64,000 bases of DNA from Phoronis australis (Eukaryota; Animalia; Phoronida), in assembly GCA_002633005.1 (NCBI GenBank), contig NMRA01000314.1, forward strand, positions 1 to 64,000. The letters run 5' to 3'. The notes beneath the pieces were generated by a model that had not been told where the DNA came from, made no database searches, and saw only the letters and a program-made list of their open reading frames with translations. Shown here one piece after another: positions 12,871 through 25,673 of this stretch. Within the stretch, counting starts at the first letter, position 1. Every line of letters starts with the position of its first letter. The translations under genes and the position numbers were made by a program.

Positions 12871-14103
12871 GTGGGTAGAGGAAAGATTAGGGACTTGTTG
12901 TGTATGGTGTGCATTAGTTTTTTGCGCATGTATTGAAGGACATGTCATCTGTCTGAAATCGTTTTTTTCAAACAATTTTTTTTCAAACCAAAATGTTTGC
13001 TTCACTGAGAGTCACAGGCGACTATTGTATGGACATACCCATTGTCATCCATTTCCTAATTCCGGAAATAGGTGCAGTTTCACATATAGCACAACTTTTC
13101 ACTGCAGTGAAGGTTTTTATTGCAACACAGGTATAAAACACAAATACAATAGCGGCACAGAGGATTAGCCTAGAAAATGAATCTTATGGAAGCTCAGCAT
13201 ACCAGTAGAAATTGTTTGCTATGACATTTAGAAACGAAATCACTAACAAAGGTTTTTGAGTAATGATGCAGTGAAGTATATCTCTGTCCGGTTGGGTTAC
13301 AAAAGGGTTAATCAATGAAAAGGGTGACCCTTGTAAATGGTGACCAATGAAAAAGTGAACATTGTAAAGGGTGTCCAATAAAAAGGTTGACTAAAGGTGA
13401 CAAATTAGTTGATTGTATTTAAAGGTTTACAGTTATTTAAACTTTAGCAAACTTCTTGAACGTATCAATGCGCGTATACAGTGCTGTAGAGGTTTATCTT
13501 TTTAGAGAAACAAGTTAACACTTAAGCTGATGAGGATGCCAAAAACTTTTTAAAATATCAATTGTCTCGAAATTTCCTGTCACATTGGCTGAAGGCAAGT
13601 GCAATCCTCTGTCGTGATGGCTTAGAGCTGGTGTGATTCAATGTTGAACTAGCTGAAATGATGTCTTGGTATTTTGCCTGATTTCATTTGGCATTGATGT
13701 TTGATTAACAGGTCTCAAAGATTTATATTAAATTGACTGTGAATCTTGAAATATAATCAACTAATTGGTCACAATGCTGCCAGTTGGTTGTAGAGGGAAG
13801 AGAGAAGTCTTCCATTGAAGTGAGTGGTTTTGCAGAATATTGCAGACTTTACGAAAAAAGTTGTGTTGTATAAAGACCTGCTTTGCACAAAAATGTATTT
13901 CCTCATTAACCAAATTTAAAAGTATACAGAACGTCTAAGGACTGCCCCAATCATAAACAATACGAAAATGTTATCAATACCTCACCGCTACCTAATGGAA
14001 GTACCTCTATCTGAAAACAGGGGCCGTTGGTGTTATGCGTTGCTTTGTTGATGCTTGTAACTGCTTTGTCATTACCGGGGAAGGTCTTGCGACACTGTTA
14101 CAG

Positions 14104-14656
14104 GTTGGAGGTTGCAGTTGAGCCATGGATGGAGGGTCTCTACCCAGCTGTCAATCAAATGCTGCAGCCTGAAGATCAAGAACATGGAGATGCTACTGAA
14201 AAAAGAACCAATCCAGGAATGATGGACAAAATAGAATCAGCAAATTTTGTTAATGGGTTAGCTGATGGTGAAGTAATGTTGATGCAAAATTGCACATCGA
14301 CAAGTGGTGCTAAGGACCATATCACAAATGACAGATCCATCCCACAGGTGGCAGTGATGGAGCAAGTAGACAACATAGATGAGACACTGAGATTGACTAG
14401 TTTAGAGCAGTCTGTGTCTGGCTTAGATCTTGAGTCCAGTTCAGAAGCGCTGAGTGCAAATGGTGCGAGTCGCTCCCTGTTGAATTCAAGTCAGTTGTTA
14501 CAAGAGGTTTCCTGTAAAGCTGACTCTTCTCACCAGGTGTCACTACAACTGTCTAGTCTTCTAAAGTCATCACAACCTTTGTGTGACGCCACACTGACAT
14601 TACCTAGTGCTCCTCTGGCCTACCTGGACATCACCTATCACCATGGAAACGCTTTG
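14104..14656 (+). CDS. MTRR: MTRR coding exon 4 (end of FMN domain plus long low-complexity hinge)
   Basis: cag|LEVAVEPWMEGLYP...LTLPSAPLAYLDITYHHGNAL|gtaatt; open frame, phases 2/0 fit. Confidence 0.88.
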
Positions 14657-15834
14657 GTAATTATGTCTAATATCTAAGTTACCCTCATGCATATGAATAC
14701 TACTGTTATGTCCAATTGAGAATTCATTTCATATGGAAATGTCTCGATGAGACCGAAAGTCAAGTTACAACTAACCCAAATGAAACAAATTTGGGATGGT
14801 TTATTATAGTAGTACGGCCATGTATGCAGGATGACGTATTTATCCCGTATATCTAAGCTAATATTTGCATTGTGACGATATCTTGTTGCTATGTACGTTG
14901 TTATATTACATCTAATATGTCAAGTGCACCTATGCCAGTTAAGTGACAAGATTTTCCGTGATGTTGAATAAGTTTTATTTCATATTTTCATTTTGTGATA
15001 CAAACATACAAATGAAAACAATGAACCATTCACTAATAAATATTAAAAGTTCATTGGAAACTTAGTTCTAAACTGATCCATTCGGGAATGTTTTAGCTTC
15101 AAGGAATTTTTTAGTTTTCTAGTTCTATTTTTGTATCGTAGCTTCTGGAATGGAAATAATAATGAAAACATTTCCCCCTTTTGATCACTGCACCGGAAAA
15201 TAACTGGAGAAATTGTCCTGATTAGCAGAAATTGTGGTTCTGTAGTACGAATAGCAGATTTCACGCTAACAGCGAGTGAGAGTCGATAATCGCTGCAAGC
15301 ACGCAATTGTGTCTATATGAAAACCCATACTCGCTATTAGGTGCCAATTTTCTGTATGTCACTTATTAGTTCTCGGTGTAGGTGTAGTGTATGCATTCAT
15401 AATGAAAGGTTTTCGTAAGATTTGAATTAGATTTTTGCCTGTTTTGTTGGGGATGTTATGTAGGCAATTGACCTATTTATGGTGGCCCAGATTGTAACTA
15501 AGCGAAAGGCTTAAGTGTACCCACCTTATCATCATGTGTCGGAATTTTTATTGCTGAAAACTTGTAGTTTTTAGAGCAGTAAAGCTGTTTTTTCAAGAAT
15601 GACATCTTGAATTAGTGTTTTAATTCACCAAATGTGCGAGCCCCATCAAATTTACCATCGTGAATGCGAATTTACTCCATCTGGAGACAATACGCCAACT
15701 GTGAAATACAACCTGTGCTATTTAACATTTTTTTGAAAGCTGTATGTTTGTAGGTTGCATATCTGGATTTTGTGTTTTCATCTCTTTAGCTCGTATATGT
15801 GCTGAGTAACCTAATGCATTAACCTATACTGTAG

Positions 15835-15978
15835 GACACTGCTTCACTTCCTCTGGATGGTGGCTGTCCATATCCATTTGCCACGTCTCCAGTATCCATG
15901 GCAACAGCTGTTAAGGCTTCCCAGTTGACTTCAGATGACGCGTTTAAGAAGTGTCTCCAAGTTGAACTTAGTATCGCT
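15835..15978 (+). CDS. MTRR: MTRR coding exon 5
   Basis: tag|DTASLPLDGGCPYPFATSPVSMATAVKASQLTSDDAFKKCLQVELSIA|gtgagt. Confidence 0.88.
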
Positions 15979-16438
15979 GTGAGTGTTGTTTGATGGTTTC
16001 ATGGCGTTAAACACAGTGACCGTTATTCTTGATATCACAGAGTCATGCTTTTGAATGTTGTCACCGAGGTTTTGGTTGCTTTAATGGTTTTAAAACGCTA
16101 ATTTCTCTACCTGAGAGTGGAACTTTTTGGATAGAAGTGGAACTTTTGGGATATAAGTGGTTTTGCTTTTGCTTTGATTACTTTGTACTTAACAGTAACT
16201 TCAATACACATAAAAATGTTGTTTTCAAGTCGTCATGCGGGGTCTTTTTCCTGCAGAGCACGGTACTTCTGCCCTACATCTGCAAATCAGGTGCTGAACA
16301 GGCAAGCAGAGTATTTGTATTGACTGCGTCTGTGGGTTCAAATCTGTTGTGTACTGTCTTCACTTCAACGGATGCAAGACTTTTAATATCTTTGATAAAC
16401 AGTGAATGTGAATCTCAGGGAGTATTATTTGCTTCCAG

Positions 16439-16524
16439 GATACAGGCCTCACCTACAGGGCTGGCGACTCCCTCAGTATTGTGTGCCCAGCCAATCAGCA
16501 AGAAGTGGAGTACTTGATTGACAG
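16439..16524 (+). CDS. MTRR: MTRR coding exon 6
   Basis: cag|DTGLTYRAGDSLSIVCPANQQEVEYLID R|gtactg; YxxGD..CP motif of the FAD domain. Confidence 0.92.
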
Positions 16525-17117
16525 GTACTGAGTCTGTCACAGCAGGAAGTGTTAATGTGGATATTTGGTTTATATAACTTGTCATTTAATACCAAGCCTG
16601 TTGCCAGAGCCTGATTATATTTACTGAAAGATTCTGTATCACAAAAAGTACAGGCATAACTATTGTAAACTCATGGTCAAGTGACGTTTTGGTCATTAAT
16701 TACGTAATGCTACCATCGTTCACTATGTATAAGTTAGGACACCAGTTTGTACGTCTCATCACTTGAGCCTTTTAAGTTCACCTCAGTGTTCTTTTGCATG
16801 CTACCTAACAGAAAGCTGCGTAGACAAATAGACTTGCCTCCCCCCCCTCCCGGTGTGTAGTACAAGCCCATGGGCTTATTCGTGAATGTGCAGTATGAGC
16901 CCACCGGGGAGGGGTAAGATCACTCTGTTTTTGGATTTCCGCAATTACAAGCATATATAGTTTGCTAAGTGACCCAAACGGCTGCTGGTAGTTAAGTTGT
17001 TCTAAACTCTGGTATATTAATGGCAGGAACATTGTAATGATCAGTATGTTGTGCATGTGTGTTTAGTGCAGAACCTCAAACATCTGGCTTTGTGCAGACT
17101 CTAGTGTTGTTTTTCAG

Positions 17118-17274
17118 ACTCGAGCTATCGGAGATGGCTGATGTTCCGTGTTCATTTTCTGTACAATCAGTCTCAAAGAAGAAAAATGCTGCTGTTCCAC
17201 CTTTTGTACCCACCCCTTCTACATTACGTCATGTCTTGACGTTCTGCTTTGACATCAGAGCAGTTCCCAAAAAG
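17118..17274 (+). CDS. MTRR: MTRR coding exon 7
   Basis: cag|LELSEMADVPC...STLRHVLTFCFDIRAVPKK|gtacct. Confidence 0.93.
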
Positions 17275-17899
17275 GTACCTTAAGCTTTGATGACCAGTAT
17301 TGTGGAAATTAATTACAATTTTCAAACCCAAAAATACATTAAGTTGCTGTTTCAATGTTCTTGACTGAATCTCCTCTAACTGCAGTGATCTTTAACTTGC
17401 TCATCTTCATTGGTCGTGTCTCAAGTTGCTGTTAATCTGTTGATTAACACCAGCTATGATAACTGGTCTCTGTTCCTCATTCAAGTGAATGTCAAGTAAT
17501 TTGTTGACCCATCCAATATAGGGTGAGAGCATGCTGGGTGCATAAAACAACCGTCGTGATTGGCCAACTCAATGAATCTCTTCTCAAGCAATAGCAAACT
17601 GCTCGTTTGTTGAAAGGTCAGAAAGCAATTCTCACCTCACAAAGGAAACACAGGAGACCAGTTTTACTTCATACACAAATATGTTCATCAAAAGTTTCTT
17701 TTTTGATGAAAGGTGGAGTTCCGAGCACTACCAAATAACTTCTTTCAATACGAATTTGGTTATTTTATTCACGCTGTATGCACTTGTTTACAGGGGTCGT
17801 GAACAAGCTCTATTATGTTTTCATTTTACATAGTTTGTGATTGTCCGGTAACTGTTGTCTTTGGGAGCTGAACTATAATTCTTTCACTGTCTGTTTCAG

Positions 17900-18080
17900 T
17901 CTTTCCTTCGCCTACTGTCAGAGTACACATTGGATGCTCAGGAGAGGCGGCGTTTGCAAGAGTTGTCCAGTCGGCAAGGTGCTGACGACTTCACTCATGC
18001 CATACGAGAGGCCTCCCTGTCTGTCGTCGGACTCCTGGCAGCTTTCCCGTCGTGCAAACCTCCTGTAGAGCGCATATTAG
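17900..18080 (+). CDS. MTRR: MTRR coding exon 8 (GC donor)
   Basis: cag|SFLRLLSEYTLDAQERRRLQELSSRQGADDF...LLAAFPSCKPPVERIL G|gcaagt. Confidence 0.93.
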
Positions 18081-18477
18081 GCAAGTTTGAAAGAACAATG
18101 ATAACACCTGTCACTTCAACAAATCAGCATCAGTCCTGTAGCATGAGGCAACGCTTGATCAAATCCTTTTTTCATCGTCTTATGATAACGCATGTTCCAT
18201 TTTGCCTTTCAGCTTGGTGTTGTTCTTGTGTCTGACTGGCAACTCAAGGCATACATTGGCACTGTTTCACATACATTTCATAAAACGTTGTCGTCTTGCA
18301 CCTTGTTACAGTTGTAACAACTTGTCAGAAAGTTTAATTAACAAATGCTTCACTTTTTAAAGTCAAAGATGTCCAGTTTCTAGTCATTACAGTGCATGAA
18401 TTCATTCACCTCTTGCTTGTTAGTAGGTGTAAGTATGTAGATTTCAAAAAAGTACAATTTCATTTGTTGTTTTCTAG

Positions 18478-18520
18478 AAAACCTTCCACGCTTGTTACCA
18501 AGGCCGTACTCCGCAGCCAG
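18478..18520 (+). CDS. MTRR: MTRR coding exon 9
   Basis: tag|(E)NLPRLLPRPYSAA S|gtgagt; RxYS FAD-binding motif. Confidence 0.95.
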
Positions 18521-18949
18521 GTGAGTTATGGGGAGTTGGATTGATGTCTGATATGAAGGGAGGATGCTAGAGAAGTGAATTTGACCTTCGACTGGAAAAG
18601 TGTTTCTTTTTATGGCTTATTACAATAATTGAATGAGAAAATGATAAATTGAAAGGCTGATTAATTTATGTAAACTTTTGCTTCTTGTTGATTCTTTATG
18701 AATGCAAATTGTAGAGATTTAAAAGGAATTTATGATTAAGAAGGATTATTTTGTTCATGAGCTTGTCTAAATCATATCAATGCTGGACTTGTTCCAACAT
18801 TGTCTTCAACTCACTGAATTACATTATCCGTTTAATGTTTTTATGCGCCCTCATATTTATATGTGCGCATTTTGCTGTCATCTCTGTTGCGTCTGGCGTA
18901 CATGGTTGTATGTCCTAAATCACGTGCTGGATTATAATGACGTTTGGCA

Positions 18950-20390
18950 GATGTGTTCCTATGAAGCTTGTGAGAGGTGCCAATAAGTTTCGAATTGATT
19001 CATTTACCACAGAATTTGTTCCCTAGTGTGAATGTAAGGTTTTTACATTTGCCTCTGTATTTTTTGTCAATGAGATCCTTGATGGATTTTCATGAAATTT
19101 AACAAATAGGTTTCGAGGCAATGACACCTTCCTGTCTTCGACGGATTTGACATATTCTGTGCCACCTTGTGACACTGATTTAAAGATGGGTTTGACTACT
19201 GTGGCGACCCCTAGTGGCAATTTTATTTTTTCCAAGTTCCTTGATGGATTTTCGTGAAATTTAGCAAATGGGTTTCTATTGAAGAGACAATAATGTCTTC
19301 ATGCTTTTGGAAGGATTTGACATATTCTGCACCACCTGGTGGCATATTAAAACTTTTAGTGCTTTGACGTCATTTTTTGCGTCCATAGCTGTAACTCTTT
19401 AGCTCTTTAGAGTATCTTTGTGAAATGTGGCAGATATGAGCCTATGGAAATAACATATGCCAACAAGTTCCTGACCAATTCAACTACAGGAGTGCCCCCT
19501 ATATTTTTTCATTTGCCTCTGTATGTTTGGTGTTCATGACTTGAATTTTTTTGAAATTTGGCTAATAAGTTTTAATAAGGGGACAACTATGCCTTTTCAT
19601 TTACGGACAGATTCAGCGTATTTTGCACCATATCGAGGCCATTTTTATGATTTTGAATTTATTTCATTTTTAGCGTCTGCCTCTTTATCTACCAAACTTC
19701 TCGAAGGATCATTAGGAATCATAGCAGTTGTCCTGATGGCTGGCATTGAGTTTTGGATGGATGTGAAAACTGTCACCACCCGCTATATCAGAATTCCTCA
19801 GTGTTTTGCCTTGAACTTTGCCAAACAATTTTCTGTTGTTAAAATGATATATGTAGCATCTTTCCAATTTGTGATGAATTTGGGGCGTATTCTGCGCCAC
19901 CTAGTGGTCGTGTTAATTATTTTTGAGTCTTCTTTTTTGCTGTTTGCTTGATCTGTATTGACCAAATTGCTCAGAGGATCTTTATTAAATTGGCAGATGC
20001 GTTGCTACAGACATGAGCATAACTGGCTTGGATTTTCAGATGGGTCCAGATACTGTGGTGACATTTTCACATCTGTGACTGTATCTACTAAACCTTGCAA
20101 GATTACAGTTTGTCAACTCTATTGCTATTCCTATTAACTTGACAACTGATGGATAGATTCAACTACCGCCTTGCCTCTAATGGCAGTTTGTTTTTATAAC
20201 GTCTGCCTCTGTATTTTTAGTGTCCTTGGTGAAAATTGACAAGTAGTTTACAGAAAAACGACAAAGCTTTCTCAAATTGTGACAGGTTTGACTTTAAGTT
20301 ATTCTGCGCCATCTAGTGGCCATTTTTATGATACTAAAACCACCATTAGAAGCGTACTGTTTGCAGTTGTGGCATTTCAACACTCTGCAT
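18950..20390. repeat. Degenerate dispersed-repeat element with internal subrepeats and CTCF-like motifs
   Basis: Recurring blocks TTGATGGATTTTCRTGAAATTT, GGATTTGACATATTCTG and TCTGCGCCACCTAGTGG; boundaries approximate. Confidence 0.6.
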
Positions 20391-20477
20391 TGCTCTTGTT
20401 TTCTTATTTTGTGTGAAACATTTTGCTAATCTGACTTTAATCAAATGGCTCATGATTGCCAAATAATGCCACTGAAG

Positions 20478-20807
20478 GATTGACTGACTCAGCATTCAAT
20501 AGGTGGCGCTGATCAAGGTAAAGTGATAGACTGGCTCAGCATTCAATAGGTGGTGCTGATCAAGGTAAAGTGATTGACTGACTCAGTATTCAATAGGTGG
20601 TGCTGATCAAGGTAAAGTTATTGACTGACTCAGTATTCAGTAGGTGGTGCTGATCAAGGTAAAGTGATTGACTGACTCAGTATTCAATAGGTGGCGCTGA
20701 TCAAGGTAAAGTTATTGACTGACTCAGTATTCAATAGGTGGTACTGATCAAGATAAAGTGATTGACTGACTCAGTATTCAATAGGTGGTGCTGATCAAGG
20801 TAAAGTG
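20478..20807. repeat. 47-bp minisatellite, 7 copies
   Basis: Unit GATTGACTGACTCAGTATTCAATAGGTGGTGCTGATCAAGGTAAAGT; near-identical head-to-tail copies. Confidence 0.97.
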
Positions 20808-20966
20808 CTCTTTTAAATTGTAATCTGATAGGGTGCAGAAAGTTGTTCACAGACATTGTTGTGTCTGTGGGATAATGGTTGCATGTGCAATGGCGACCAT
20901 TGTTTCACTAGTGCCACCTAGAGAGCTCCTCGGTAGGCTTGTATCAATCATACTGTTCACTTTCAG

Positions 20967-21105
20967 TTCTCCACTGGTCAGCCCCGGTGTGTTCAAGTTC
21001 CTATTCAATGTTGTCCACCTGCCCAGTGACACTTGCGGTCACAGGAAGGGTCTCTGTACAGGCTGGCTGGAGCACATGGTTGACGAAAATGCTCTACCAA
21101 TGCAG
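20967..21105 (+). CDS. MTRR: MTRR coding exon 10
   Basis: cag|SPLVSPGVFKFLFNVVHLPSDTCGHRKGLCTGWLEHMVDENALPMQ|gtgtgt; RKGxCTGWL motif. Confidence 0.93.
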
Positions 21106-21380
21106 GTGTGTTCTTTTTTTGCTTCAATTTTGTATTCTCTTGTAAGCTTGTTAATTATGTATTGTTCCATGCTAACTGAAAATTTTAATTCACTGTTAAA
21201 CGTTCTCCTGAGGACCATCCTGATAAAAAGCTACACTACAATAATTATTGTTCTTGACATATTAGTACTTTTAGTTTATCAGTTGCATGGCTTCTTATCT
21301 TTGTTGATGTTTTGAGTTTTGTTTCTGTTGTTCATCTGCTACACTTGCACTCTTAGACATGATGCAAATTGTTGTTACAG

Positions 21381-21499
21381 GTTCCAGTTTTTAGTCGCAG
21401 CCATCAGTCATTTCATCTCCCCGACAACCCGGCCACACCCATCATTATGATTGGTCCTGGCACTGGATTGGCCCCTTTCATTGGCTTTCTGCAGGAAAG
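21381..21499 (+). CDS. MTRR: MTRR coding exon 11
   Basis: cag|[40 protein letters not shown]|gttagt; GPGTGxAPF NADPH-binding motif. Confidence 0.96.
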
Positions 21500-22165
21500 G
21501 TTAGTTCTGCTACTTGGTTAATTTTGAATTGATAAACAATGCTGTGTCCATTAAAAGAGCGTGCAATTTACTGGGCTGTGAATTTGCCTTTTACATAAGG
21601 ATTTCTTCATTTTTTGTTTTTTTTTTGGTTTCGATTTTCTCTTATTTGATTTACAATTTCCTGTTTTTGCACCTCTTTTTATCATTCTTTTGATTTTTTG
21701 CATGCAAATACATTTGTTTCAGTTAAATTTTTTTAAACACAGAAAATGTTTATCACACAAGCCCATTTATTTGTGAAGCGATACGTCACCCTCAATTTTC
21801 TCTGTTAAAATTGCTGTTTACAATTGGAGTTAGCTGGTAATTTAAACTTGAAGACAAGTGTACAGACTGGAAGCTGACTTAGTTGAAGTTTACACACTGG
21901 GAGGTCTATCTAATCATTAAATCAAATGTCATGATTATAATCAAATTTATTACATGTATTCTTAGTGCATCAGAGAAACAGGCACAACCTACAGTACTAA
22001 GCTCCATCTGTTGTCATTACCCTGTAGTTTACTTTAGCTGGTGATATAGTGAATTCAAATTATTTGCCGTCTTATTTGGAGTTCAAATCCTTAGATTTTG
22101 TGCTTTCTAAATTTAACCTGTTATGGTATCAGATAAAATCTCATTGGCGTTCTTCCTTGTTGTAG

Positions 22166-22255
22166 GTCTTATCACCTCCAACAGGGGACAGCTTGTCTGG
22201 GGGAAGCTTGGCTGTTCTATGGTTGCCGGCATCAGCAAAAAGACTACCTGTACAG
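22166..22255 (+). CDS. MTRR: MTRR coding exon 12
   Basis: tag|SYHLQQGTACLGEAWLFYGCRHQQKDYLY R|gtgag; WLFxGCR..DYLY motif. Confidence 0.95.
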
Positions 22256-23337
22256 GTGAGCTTATTATGGAGTTGCGATAAGTTTCGCCTGTCAGCGATA
22301 CTACCACGTATGCCAATCAGTTCAAACGTGACGAGGAGTTTGCCTGAAAATAAATTTTATTATGTGAAACAGGCACATAAATCTGCATTTCACCCTGTTT
22401 AGCTGGCTTAAACACAAAAATCAAATTGAGCCTTTTACTGTTATTAAGTCGTTCTCATAATAATCCTTACTGTGATAAGATTCTATAACTGTTAACAACT
22501 CTAGCTGTAGGCAATGCATACATGATTGTGCTATTTTGAAATTTGCTATTTTAGGCTGTACCACACGGTAAGGAATATTTTAAAACTGCTTGATGAGAGT
22601 AAAAGACCTGAATTCAATTTAATTTTTTGTCTGCTATACAGGGCAAAATGCAAAATTGACTTCTAACCAAGGTAGCAGCTTTTCCAGCTGAAGGCTTTTA
22701 AATGGATTTTAACTAGGAGACAGTTGTCATTTTTTTGCATCTGCGTGTTTTGTTTGCTATAATTATAACTCTACCTGGTTCTTACTGCTTGGCAAGTAGT
22801 ATTACGGCATCAGTAAATGTGGTCAAGCAAGGACAATGTCATAACTCTGCTTTCTATTGACTACACCCACTTAATAAGTAAGGGTATGAAGCCGTCATGA
22901 ATCATGATCTATGAGTCAAAATGACTCTCTTGAAAGGCATGTTTACCATAATAAGCTTGGTCTTCAGTTGAAAATGGTTGAAAATGGTTGAAAATGCAAT
23001 GGATGGCCTGAATTATCGTGACAAGCACACTGTTTCTAAATTGCTATCCACACTTTGAGTTACAGCAGAACAAGTTAGTCCTGGAACAGGTTGTTGTTTG
23101 GTTTAGTAATAGTGTGGACTCAGTCTGCGCTGGGGCAGTTTGAGACACTTGTGACAACTTGCCCCACCTAAGGTAACCTGATCCAGTGGAAGTCATAGTG
23201 TTCACTCAAGTCTGCAGACAAGGCATAAGCAATTATCAGGTGTGCGCTTGCGCAGTTTCATTTAATGTTACGTCTGCCTCATTTATGACAAAATGTAGGG
23301 TGTGTAGTACGGATGCTTAGCTGAATTGTGGCAAGTT

Positions 23338-23455
23338 GTTCTAGGGCAGGATGTTCTAGGGCAGGATGTTCTAGGGCAGGATGTTCTAGGGCAGGATGTT
23401 CTAGGGCAGGATGTTCTAGGGCAGGATGTTCTAGGGCAGGATGTTCTAAGGCAGG
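23338..23455. repeat. 15-bp tandem repeat (GTTCTAGGGCAGGAT), ~8 copies, probably MITE-internal
   Basis: Direct reading; flanked by GACAACTTGCC/GGCAAGTTGT inverted motifs. Confidence 0.93.
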
Positions 23456-23735
23456 GTAACTTGTCATGTGGACAGATGCCCATGAAACGAGCAAATTTCT
23501 CAAACCTGGTCTGGATCGCTGGAATCATTTCTAATCTGATTAATGATCAAGATGAGAACAATTTTATGACCATAACTGGCTTACATGAAAAGTTGTATTT
23601 GACGCTAGGCGTTGTTTTATTACCCCTTCAAACTGCGTCTTCATGCTACGCCGAGTTTCCTCACTCACAATGTATGTCCAATGATATGTTATAAATATTA
23701 ATGTACCAACATCTTGTCATATATGATTTATCCAG

Positions 23736-23968
23736 AATCGAACTTGAGGATTGCCTAAGCAGCAGCGTCCTTACCAAGCTGTGTGTATCATTCTCAAGAG
23801 ATGACCAGCCAGATGGCAACCCACGCTATGTGCAAGATAATCTGAAGTTTCATGCCTCAGGCATTAACCTTCTCATCAGACAAAAGGGGGCAGTAGTGTA
23901 TGTTTGCGGGGATGCCAACAATATGGCAAAAGATGTCAATGCAGCCTTCGTTGACATATTTACAACAG
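23736..23968 (+). CDS. MTRR: MTRR coding exon 13
   Basis: cag|IELEDCLSSSVLTKLCVSFSRD..RYVQDNL...VYVCGDANNMAKDVNAAFVDIFTT|gtgggt; FSR, YVQ and YVCGD..MAKDV motifs. Confidence 0.96.
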
Positions 23969-25673
23969 GTGGGTGATAAGGTTTATGGTCAGTTTTATGT
24001 CAACTATTGTGGACGGTATTGATAAAATCGAGCTACTGTTGGGTCAGGAAGTTTATGACTTTATGAATATGTTTGCGTATTGTGCAGTTTTAGTAAACGT
24101 GTAATTTCTAGTAAATCGACTGGTTACTTTATGGCGGGATATTTAGGGAATCAGTGTAGAAATGGTTTATTTTGCGAATATTGTATGATGAGTATTGGAT
24201 GAAGCTATTACATGAGTGCAAAGTTGGAAGTGTTCCAAGTAATATCAGTTGAATTATGTAACTTGTTCAACCAATGTTTAACATGGAACTTGCTGAAGAT
24301 AATGCTTTTTTGCTCTTTTCACAGCTGGGGCTTAATTCAGATGAAAATAATTCAAGAAATGATTAACATGTTACTTGCTGAAAATGAAGGGAGTTTCTTT
24401 TACTTAAACTAGATCATAAAATAAGCCCCATCAACCCAAACTAGAGCATAACATAAACACCATCAATCCAAACTTAAATACTGGTTGTTTTATGCTTTTT
24501 ATAATCAACATATTGCAAGTTCAATGAGGTTGAGTGTTATTCACATGTGTCACTGACTGATATTAAAATGAAACTTAAAATATTTCTGTCGAATTATGTT
24601 TAGTGTGGAAAAATATTGATGGTGTGTTAGGAATAGGCTTTGACTGGAAGTTTGTTTACAGTCAAAGTCATTTTAAGAGGTTTTCAGTAGAACTGAATTG
24701 GGCAGAGTGTCCTTTAACTAGATTAGCTGTGCCATGTTTAAAAAACAAATGAATGCTAAGAGTTTGGTTGTAGCCGTTCCTTCAGCAAAGAAAGATATTT
24801 TGAATGTTTGACACTGCTTCAAGATACAGGTCCCATGCCTTTTTACAAACCCTTACATTTTTGTGAATTTTGTAATTCCAATGGTGGAAAACATTGCACC
24901 TTCAAATTGTGATACAGTGTTTCAAAGCTACTTTACACCCGCCCTTTGTCAAGTGTTTGACATAAATAATCACATATTTTGTCTCATTGCTGCCTTCTCC
25001 TTCTCAACACGCTCAATATAACCCGACACAATCAGACTGGACATTCCCCACTGTGACACTTGTGCATGTTATGGGATTCCTTTTCTTGTCGACTGAGTGC
25101 AGGTGGGATTCACCACGACAATAGCTAGAATGACTCATTGTCGTGACGGCCCATTACGCATTGCGACAGGAATGTGGTGTTTTGTCTAATTACTCATGGC
25201 GGGGGGAACAGTACAGTTATAAAAAACTGTAGGGTGTCCCCTGTGCGGAACAAGGGACAGTTATTTCCGGAGAGCAGATTCTATTTGTTGGCTCTGTGTT
25301 AGCTGAAAGCAGTGTGACTGAGAATATTTTTTGAAGCGGTTACCTTAAAAATCATTTTAAGCATGTAAAGGATATAGACAGTGTCGTTTCTAATAATTTT
25401 GTAATCTGGGGGTTTTGTATGTGTACTGCTTGTGTTCTTTTCTGCTAACTTAAGAGTGGGCTATTGCAAAATTTGAGTCACAAATTGTTCGCGCAATGAG
25501 TTGGAAAATCTATCCATTGGCTGTCCAAAACTGTTGTTCCAGTATTCCTATAAAAAATGTAACAAATTTTGTTGGAGAGAGAACAAAACAGGGAGTCATT
25601 CTGTCCTGCTGTAAGGTGTTGGTTGGATGAATATAGGGGCAAGAGTTAACACTGACAAGTTTTCTTTTTTTAG

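Noticed and set aside
14027-14103. Signal-peptide-like N-terminus of the 216-aa ORF
   Set aside because: Starts at a non-ATG codon upstream of the acceptor at 14103; it is intronic read-through into MTRR exon 4.
23279-23694. ORFs with LEHPA/RTSCP/VLGQD repeats
   Set aside because: All three arise from one stop-free 15-bp tandem repeat inside an MTRR intron.
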